From: an uncultured Planctomycetota bacterium
GTDB lineage: Bacteria > Planctomycetota > Planctomycetia > Gemmatales > Gemmataceae
Length of the DNA: 64,000 nucleotides
Direction: 5' to 3'
Assembly: GCA_963849325.1 (NCBI GenBank)
Contig: CAWKHF010000005.1
Span: 288,001-352,000 of the forward strand
Within the stretch, counting starts at the first letter, position 1, and the number at the start of each line of letters is the position of its first letter. Below, in pieces: positions 55,480 through 64,000 of the stretch. The position numbers were made by a program, and so were the translations under genes. The notes beneath the pieces were generated by a model. It was given only the letters and a program-made list of their open reading frames with translations, had not been told where the DNA came from and did not search any database.

Positions 55480-58400
55480 TCAGGAGGAGCCAGGATGTCT
55501 GGCGTGCGGCGTCGTCGTCGGTGTCGGCGTCGGAGTGGGCGTGGGTGTCGGCGTCGGAGTAGGGGTCGGTGTCGGCGTTGGGGTTGGGGTAGGCGTGGGT
55601 GTCGGCGTCGGAGTAGGGGTCGGTGTCGGCGTCGGGGTGCCGGGATGATTGCTCTGCAGGTGAAGGGTGGTCGTGGCCTGGGCGGCGCTCGGCGTCGGCT
55701 GTTGCAGGCCGAGCGGATCGAGGGCCACGCTGTAGAAGCGATAGGTGTGGCCATTCTGACCGGAGTAGGTCGCGGACGTGGCGGTGGTGTTCATCAGCCA
55801 GGGCGTGAAGGCGCCGCCGTCGTCGGAGACGTAGATGGTGTACGAGGCGATGCCGGGACCGTTGGCATCGCTGCCCGACCAGCTGACGCCGAACTTCGAC
55901 GAGTTCTCCGTGGACGGCAGCGGATTGACGTTGCTCGTCGGCGGACTGACGTCGAGGGTGTTGACGACGGTCTGGGTCGCCAGCGCCGCGTTGGTGTCGA
56001 AGACGACCGACGCTTGGCCGCTGATGGCAACGCCGCCGGCCAGGCCGGGCTTGGGCTGCACGGTGTACTGCACGTAGCCCTCGCCGACGCCGCTGCTGTT
56101 GTCCGGCGGCAGGAAACCGTCGAAGACGCCGGTCGGCGCCTGGCCGGTCAGCGGATCGAGCGAGGTGAAGGTGACGCTCAACAGGCCCGTCTGCACGTTG
56201 AAATTGAGACTGACTTGCACGTTCAGCGACGTGCCGTCCGTGTTCTGGTAGCTGACGGTGGTCTGGTACTGCGTCAGTCCGGCGGGGATGGCGACGTTGA
56301 CCGAGCCGAAGCCGAACGAGCCGAGCTGGAACGTGGACCAGTTCAGGTTCGGATCGAGCTGCTGGGTGACGGTGACGACCTGGGCGGCGGCGCTGCCGTC
56401 GTTCTCGAAGTCGATGGTGTAGGGCAGAGTGCCGGCCGGCAGCAGGAAGCCTTGCGCTCCGTAGCCGGCGGGGCCGATGAGGGCGTTGGGATCGTGGGAG
56501 GTTTCGTTGTCGGAGTCTCCGCTCGTACTCGGTTCGCTCGGCCACAACGGTAGGTTCCCGAGAACGCTAGCGTTGAAGCCGGGCACTTTGAAACCAACGC
56601 CGGCACTGACACTGGTGGAGGAGTCGCTACCGAAAAAGGATTTGTGGGCTGTGATGCCAAAGATGGACCATCCTATGGTCCCACTAAAATCGGTTGACAC
56701 ACCAGCGGAAGTGTCGTCGGATGAAATGGAGTAGATCGTAAAGCCTGGCGTGGTTGCGCAAGTCCCAACGTCAGGAAAACGCCTCCATTGTTGTTGACCG
56801 TGAATCCAATCGTGCCGCCGATGATCGCGCCCCCGGAAAATCCGAAGAATTGCGATACTAACCCTGTCGGATCGATAAGGCCGATTGGGTTGTTTCCGAC
56901 GTATCGCCGGATATTCGTGTCACCTCCCGCCAGACCCGTCGGATCATTGCTCAAGAACTGCCCCGTGGCAGGTGTGTAGTCTCGCGCCCGCATGTAGAAC
57001 AGATTCAAGCCAATCTGCATCACACTGAATTGCCCGGCGAACGTAAACGAGTTCGGTAACGCCGCCGAAAGCGTTGTCGTCTCGCCGAATGGCAGGTAGG
57101 TGTACTGGTTGACGTAGGCACCGTTGGCGCCGGTGATGCCGACGGTGTTGCCGCTGGCGTCGAAGTCGTAGTAGCCGGTGCCGCTGGGTCCGCTCTGGCT
57201 GACCAGGCCGAGTCCGTAGGTGTAGTTGGCGATCAGCCCACCGCTGCCGTTGTAAGCGCCACGACGTTGCCCAGGCCGGTCGGATCGACCAGGTAGTTCG
57301 TCTGGCTGGTGGTGTCTCCGCTCGTCGTGGACGTGCTCACCAGGAAACCGAGCGGGCTGTACTGGAAGGTCGTCGTGCTGCCGTCCGGCGACGCGATCGA
57401 TACCAGCTGGTTGAGGTCGTTGTAGGTGTACGTGGTGGTGCCGCCGGCATCGGTGGCGGTGTGCAGATTGCCGTTGGCGTCGTAGGTGTAGGTGGTCGAG
57501 CCGGCTTGCGTGATCTCGTTGTCGGCGTTGCTGGCATAGCTGGTGGGCACGCCGTTGGTCAGTACCTCGGTACGGTCGCCAGCTGCATTGTAGACGTAGG
57601 TGATGCTCGTGCCGTCGGGCAGCGTCACCGAGGTCAGCTGGCCGATGGCATCGTAGCCGTACTTGGTGACGTTGCCGGCGGCGTCGGTCACCGAGGTCTG
57701 CTCGTCCAGCGTGTTATAGGTGTAGGCGAACGACGAGTTGACCGTGGTGCCGCTCGAATTGGCGTAGTTGATCTCGCTGGTCAGGTTGCCGGCGGCGTCG
57801 TAGGCGTAGGTCGTATAGGTGCCGTTACCGTTGGCCTTCTCAACCAATTGGCCGAGGTTGTTGTAAGTGTATTGGACGATGAGGTTGTCCGAGCCGTCGG
57901 TCAGCTTGGACAGCCGGCCCAGCGGATCGTAGGCGTAGTTGACGGTGTAGCCGCTCTGGTCCACGCTCTGGGTGCGCTGGCCCGCGGCGTTGTAGGTGAA
58001 GTTCAGGTACTGGCCGTTGGGATAGGTGATGGACAGCAGCTCGTTGGCGGCGTTGTAGGTCAGGGTGGTGGTGCCGGTGAGCGTGCCGCCGGCGTCATAG
58101 GTGTTCGCGGTCAGCAGGTTGCCGTGGGCGTCGTAGGTGTAGCTCTGCGACGAGCCGTCGGCGAAAGTGGACTGGGTGACGAGACCCTGGGCGTTGTACT
58201 GGTTGGCGACCGGGTCGCCGTTCTGCTCGATGGTCTCGCTGAGGTTGCCGAGCGGGTCGTAGGTGAACGACTGCTGCGTGCCGTCGGGATAGGCGATGCG
58301 GAGCAGGTTGCCGGCGGAGCTGTAGCTGTACTGCGTCCTGTTGCCGGCGGCGTCCGTCAGCGAGGTCAGCGTGCTCAGCGGGCCGTAGGTCATTTGCGTG

Positions 58401-61400
58401 GTCTGGCCGAGCGGGTTGACGATCTGCGTCAGGTTGCCGTTGGTGTCATAGCTGTATTGGTAGGTGTCGCCGGCCGCGTCGGTGGAGCCGATCAGGTTGC
58501 CGTTGGTGTTGTAGGCGTAGCTCGAAATGCCGCCTAACGGCGACTCGATGCGCGATGCCAAGCCGAGATCGTTGTACCAGACGGTGGTTTGGGCGCCAGC
58601 GGCATCGGTGGCTGTGACCTCGGCCTCGTCCGGGTAGGTGTACATGATCGGGTTGGCCCCGCCGTTCTGGCTGGTGCCGGTGAGCCGGCCGGTAGCGGGG
58701 TCGTAAGTGTAGTTCTCCTGCGAGCCATCGGGGTTGGTGAGGGACAGCAGGGCGTTGGTCGTCTCGGGGTTGCTGCCGGTGTCGTAGGCGTACGAGGTGG
58801 TCAGGCCGCCGGGTCCGGCCACGGACAGCAGATGACCGGCCGCGTCGTAGCTGTACGTCCAGGTGTTGCCGGTGCCGTCGGCAACCTGGGACACGAAGCC
58901 CTGACCGTTGTAGGCCAGTGTCAGCTGCTCGATCGGCTCCGAGGAGTCGGCCGGGTTGGAATAGGTCAGACTGACGAGCTGGTTCTGGGCGTTGTAGCCC
59001 AGGGTGATGCGGTTGCCGTTGGTGTCCTGCTCGTAGTTCAGGTTGCCGTTGGCCAGGAAGACGTACTGGGTGCCGGAGGAGTCGGTGTAGGTGTAGACAC
59101 CGCTGGACTGGGTGAGCGTGCCGTATTCGCCGTCGGTGTCCAGGTAAGTGCCGTTGGGCTGGGCGACGAAATACATCAGGTCGCCGCCCGAGTTGATGGT
59201 CACGTTGCCGGAGCTCTCGACGCTGAGCGCGGTTTGCCAGGAGGTCGTCCAGCCCAGACCGAAGATGCCGGGCGTGTAGCGGCTGGAGATGGTGGATTGG
59301 AAAGTCCGGTCAATGCCCAGCGACAGGCTGCCCGGCGCCGGCAACGAGGCATCGACGGCGGAGGTCAGCGTCGAGGTCGGGAAAGAGGCGTCGGCCTGGG
59401 ATACCAGGAACGACCAGAGAAGGTTGACGTCGCTGACCTCGGCCGTGGTCTCACCGAGGTTGCCAAGGTACGTGGCGGTCTGCGCCAGGGCGGCGTTGTA
59501 CGAACCAGTGGTGATGCCGAGCGTGGTAAGCAGGTTGTCGAAAATGACGTTCCAGGCCGCGGTCGGGATGGTGCTGGGTTTCAGAGCTGTATATTGCGAG
59601 GCCCAGTCGATGGTCTGACCGCCTTCGATCTGGCTCACTTGCACCGGCACCTTATCGCCATCCACGGTATCATCGGAAAGGAGGGTCAGGGTGAGCGTGC
59701 CGCTCTGGCCGGGCGCAGGATGCCCGCCGGGCCGTTCGGGGCCACGGCCAGCACCTGGGCCATCTGCACGAAGTGGTTCGGGTCGTCCGGCGTGCTGAAA
59801 TAGACGTTGGGGTTGGTGGACGCGATGCTCAACAGGGGGGCATCGAGGTCCATGTTGGATACGTTCGTGTAGGTGAGGACGATGGTGCCGGTCCGCCCGG
59901 AGCGGACGAATTGCGGCAAGCCAAGAGTGATGTACAGCCCATACTCACTGTTCGCTTGGGCGCCGGTCGCTTGAGGGAGCACTACCTGGAACTTGGTCGG
60001 CGCCGTCGCCGACTCGGCGCCTTGCTGAACGCTCAGGGTGTAGTTGCCAACCGTCGCCTCCGATAGACCTAGATTGAAGGTGGCGAACAACTGGCTGCCA
60101 CTCACGAAGTCGATCGCCGAGGCGTTAATCGTGGTTTTGCCCAGGGTCAGGCTGGCCGTGGTCTGCGGCGTGAAGTTGGCGCCGTCGATCTCGATGGTGA
60201 CATTGCTGGCGTTGCCGCCGGAGTACGGCGAGATGCCGGACACACTCAGGGCGCTGGTCTGGGTGACGGTCAGGGTATAGCCGGCCGTGGCGGCGGCCCC
60301 GGAAACGCTGTGGACCAGGATGTAGTAAGTGCCGGCCGCCGACACCGGTACGTTCAGGGATTGGTTCGGCTGGCCGGCGAGGTTGGCCGCTTCCTGGTAG
60401 CTGTACGGCGTCGGCAGCGTCCCCTGGCTGACGTACAGGGCCAGAGCGCCGGACGAGGCGGCGCTGGTCAGCGCCAGTTGCAGCGAACCGCCGGCCGGCA
60501 CGGTCACCTGGTAGAACTGATCCTGGTCGGCGGCCGCGAACGTCGCGCTGGCGGGCGTGCCGAGCGTCAGGGCGGGGACGGACACGGCGAGTTGGCCGGT
60601 GCTGGCGGCCAACGTGTTGTTGGTCCGGTTGGAGTCGGGCACCTGGTAGAGGCTGTCGGCCTGCACCAGGACGTAGTAATGGCCCGGCGGCAGGGCCGGC
60701 ACGGCCGCAGTCAGGCTGCCGTTGTATGAGCCGCCCGCGGCCAGACCGCCGCTGTGTGTCACGCTGCCCAACAGGATCGAGCTGGACGTAATCGCCAGCG
60801 TGGCGGAGAGGTAAACGCTGTCCTGCCAGCTGCCGCTGGCGGCGTTGCCGCCGGGATCGCTCACCGTCCAGTTGACCGCGATGGGCTGTCCCGTCGTCGC
60901 CGTGGTGGGGGCCGTGACGCTGGTGACGCCGAGGTCCACCGCGTTCGCGGAGCCGGTCGTCAAGTCCAGGCTCGTGGAGTTGGACTGCTCGGTGAAGTAC
61001 GGACTCAAGCCGGTGAACGTCGTGAAGGCGCCGCTGGCGCTGGCGAAGGTCATCACCGGGTAGCTCTGGCCGCTGCCGGGAGTGAAGCCGTTGACCAGGC
61101 TGAGGTTGAAGTTGCCGGCCAGGTTGGCCGCGTCCTGGACGGCAACTTGGCCGAACTGGCCGCTGGCCGGCGTGCCGCCGATCTGGACGTTGAGCGCGCC
61201 GGCGGCGGTCTGGGTGTAATTGCCGGCGACGGTGAACGTGCTGCCGGCGCCGACGGTCAGGCTGTCGCTGTTGCTGGAGTCGCCGGCGGTAGTGAAGTCG
61301 GCGCCGCCCGTCACGCTGAAATTGCCGCTGTTGGAGGTCAGCCCGGCGAGGGCCGTGATGTTCGCTCCGCTGCCGCCGAGAGAGACGTTGGCCGCGTTGC

Positions 61401-64000
61401 TGGTGATGTTCGTGCCGCTGGGAAACTGGAGCGAGGCACCGTTCATCGCGTTCCAGGTGCCGGCGGTCAGCGTGTTGCCGGCCACCTGGCTGATGCTGTT
61501 GGCATCGAGGAAGAGGGTGCCGGAGTCGGCCTCGATGGTGCCGGTGCTGCTGATGTACCCTTGGCTTGGGACATACAAAGTCGAGGTGCCGGTCCCCGCG
61601 GTCTTGCGAATTGTACCGGCGTTGATGATGACGTTATCACCTAGGCCCGCGTTGTTTATGCCCGAATCCGATTCAAACAGATACACGCCGCCTGCTTCAT
61701 TGTCCAGCGTCGTGGGTGAAACATTGTCGCTGTGCAGGTCGAAATTGCCGCTGCCAGTTTGGATGATGGTGCCGTAGTTTTTAAGCGTGCCATCGGCGTA
61801 GATTTGCTTATCATTCGACCCGCCGAGGTTGATCGTTCCCTGATTCGTCACATCTCCCACCGAGGCTTCGATGGCGCCGCCGGTCCACTGAAACATGCTG
61901 CCGGGGAAATTCAACGTCACCCCGCCTCCGCTTGCTGGATAGAGCGTGCCGCTGCTGAACACAACGCTGCCGGCGCCGGAGCCGGTGAGAGTGCCGCCGT
62001 AAGTGGTGGTTTGTCCGCCGGTGAGATCGACGGACGCTCCCTGGCCGAGGTTGAAGGTGGTGGTGCCGAGGTACGTCCCGCCCGCCAAGACAACGGTTGT
62101 CCCCGCGCCGACGTTGATGGTCGTGTTGGTCAAGGTGCCGGAGTTCTGGAGGGTAACGGTCAGCTCCTGGGACGAAGGCACGTTGATGGTGGCACCGGAA
62201 GTCCCGTCGGCGGGCAAGCTGATCTCGGTGCCCTGGACGGTAACGCTCGTTCCATTGGTTAACCTGAGGTTGCCTTGCGTGAGCACGGGAAAGTTCAGCG
62301 CGGCGCCGCCACTGAGATAAAGATTCGAGTTGGCGAAATCGATCAGGTTCGGCAGCGTCACTGTACCGCCCGTGACCGATAGGCTGGCATTGGTGAACGT
62401 GGTCCAGGAGTTGGCCACCGAATTGTCCGTGCCGTCCAGTGTGACATTGACGCCGTCCAGCGTGGTGAGATTGCTGTTGAGCAGGAGCGTGCTGTTGCCG
62501 GTGTCGGTGATGGTGAGGAAGGCGAGGGGTGGGCTGTCGCTGCCGAGGCTGGTCAAGCCGGTCAGCTTGACTTCGCCGCCGTTGCTCAGCGTGATGCTGG
62601 AGTTCAGGCCGGTGAGACTGGTCAGGGCCGATAGATCGATGGTGCTGCCGCCGCCGTCCGCGGTGAGGGAGATGCCCTGGGGGCCGTCCAGGCTGGTCAT
62701 CCCGGACAGCTTGACCTCGCCGCCGTTGAAGGCGTTGACTATCCACTTACTCTGCTGGGTCAGGCTGGTCAGGGCCGACACGTCCAGCACGCTGCCGGTG
62801 CCGTCGGCCTGGAAGGTGGTGAAGGTGGAGGCATAGCTGGTCAATCCCGGCAGGGCCAAGCTGCCGCCATTGGATACGAATAGGTTGGAGCCATCGACGT
62901 CGGTCAGGCCGGCCAGGCTGTACGAACCGCCCGTCACATACAGGTAGCCGTTGGTGAACGTGGTCCAGGAGTTGGCCACCGACTTGTCCGTGCCGTCCAG
63001 CGTGACGTTTACGCCGTCCAGCGTGGTAAGGTTGCTGTTCAGCAGCAGAGTGCTGTTGCCGGTGTCGGTGAGGAAGAGGTCTCCGTTGCTGCCGAGGTTG
63101 GTCAGTCCGGTCAGGTTGACCTCGCCGCCGTTGGTGGCCTCGACGCTCCAGGCGCTCTCTGTCTGCGTCAGGTTGGTCAGTTTCGACACGTCCAGCACGC
63201 TGCCGGCGCCGTCGGCCTGGAAGGTGCTGTTGCCGCCGTTGTCGGCGTCAAAGCGAATTAGCCCCGGCAGGGCCAAGCTGCCGCCATTGGATACGAATAG
63301 GTTGGAGCTATCGACGTCGGTTAGGCCGGCCAGGCTGTACGAGCCACCCGTCACATACAGGTAGCCGTTGGTGAACGTGGTCCAGGAGTTGGCCACCGAC
63401 TTGTCCGTGCCGTCCAGCGTGACGTTTACGCCGTCCAGCGTGGTAAGGTTGCTGTCCAGCACAGTGCTGTTACCGGTGTCGGTGAGGTAGACGACCTGGG
63501 GGGCGCTGCCGAGGTTGGTCAGTCCGGTCAGGTTGACCTCGCCGCCGTTGGTGGCGTTGACGACCCAGGGATTCTGCAGGGTCAGGCTGGTCAGGGCCGA
63601 CACATCCAGCACGCTGCCGGTGCCGTCGGCCTGGAAAGTGTCGTAGTTGGAGTTGGAGATGTAGCTTGTCAGCTGAGGGAGGCTTAGGTCCGCTCCGCCC
63701 TCCGCAGTCAAGTTGGCCCCGGAAATGTCGGTGCTGCCGTTGGCCGTCAGGTTCACTCCCGAGCCGGAGGCGGTCAGCGAGCCGAACGTCATCGACAGGG
63801 CGCCGCTCAACGTCGAGTTCCCGCTGGTAACCGTCAACGAACCGGCCGCGATCGAGAGCGTGTCGTTGCTGCCGGTAGTCAGACCTTGCACCTGGATGTT
63901 GTCGCCGGAGTTAATGGTGATGGTGGCGGCGCCGGTCGTGTTGATGACGGCGGTATCGCCGGTGCCGGGAGCCTGCCCACTACTCCAGTTGGAGCCTACA
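55480..64000 (-). CDS. Exoprotein G: giant RHS/YD-repeat protein (5' end outside window; frameshifts in assembly)
   Basis: N-terminal L/T/N/G-rich solenoid repeats, CARDB-like (WQDSVYLS) and PPC-like domains, many YD repeats, RHS core (YMRARDYTPATGQFLSNDP...NNPIGLIDPTGL), HDPN-starting domain, FnIII-like domain, (PT)n-HARHPGSS. Confidence 0.85.

Overview
High-GC bacterial DNA that looks like Planctomycetota (Gemmataceae-like), judged from a TIGR03000-type protein, LE-x-LEDR leaders, an ECF-WD40 sigma factor and H4MPT/methanofuran-linked genes. Scattered single-base indels break even housekeeping genes, so the assembly is probably error-prone long-read sequence. Bases 1-36 kb are mostly core genes (trxA, ppi, ffs-dnaX-ybaB-recR-rpoN, aroB/aroDE/aroK, rpmE-prfA-prmC, glnA, a sigma-54 activator, csrA, mfnF/mfnE-like), interleaved with many REP-like palindromes and two small accessory patches. 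Bases 36-64 kb are a co-oriented minus-strand island of six large predicted exoproteins: four Gly-rich beta-helix-like proteins, one Ig-repeat pseudogene hit by a 98-bp MITE, and one giant RHS/YD protein. A TPR-sulfotransferase gene sits in the middle of the island. The most striking signal is a shared portable C-terminal tail, (Pro-Thr)[13 protein letters not shown], on five exoproteins including the otherwise unrelated RHS protein; it is usually present twice per protein and has no transmembrane segment. I propose it as a candidate undescribed C-terminal recognition or sorting tag, possibly read by the TPR-sulfotransferase. Other notable signals are a dnaX A9G frameshift/slippage site, an SRP RNA with a UGAC loop, a long GGA-rich csrA leader and a fossil gene 5' end upstream of one exoprotein.
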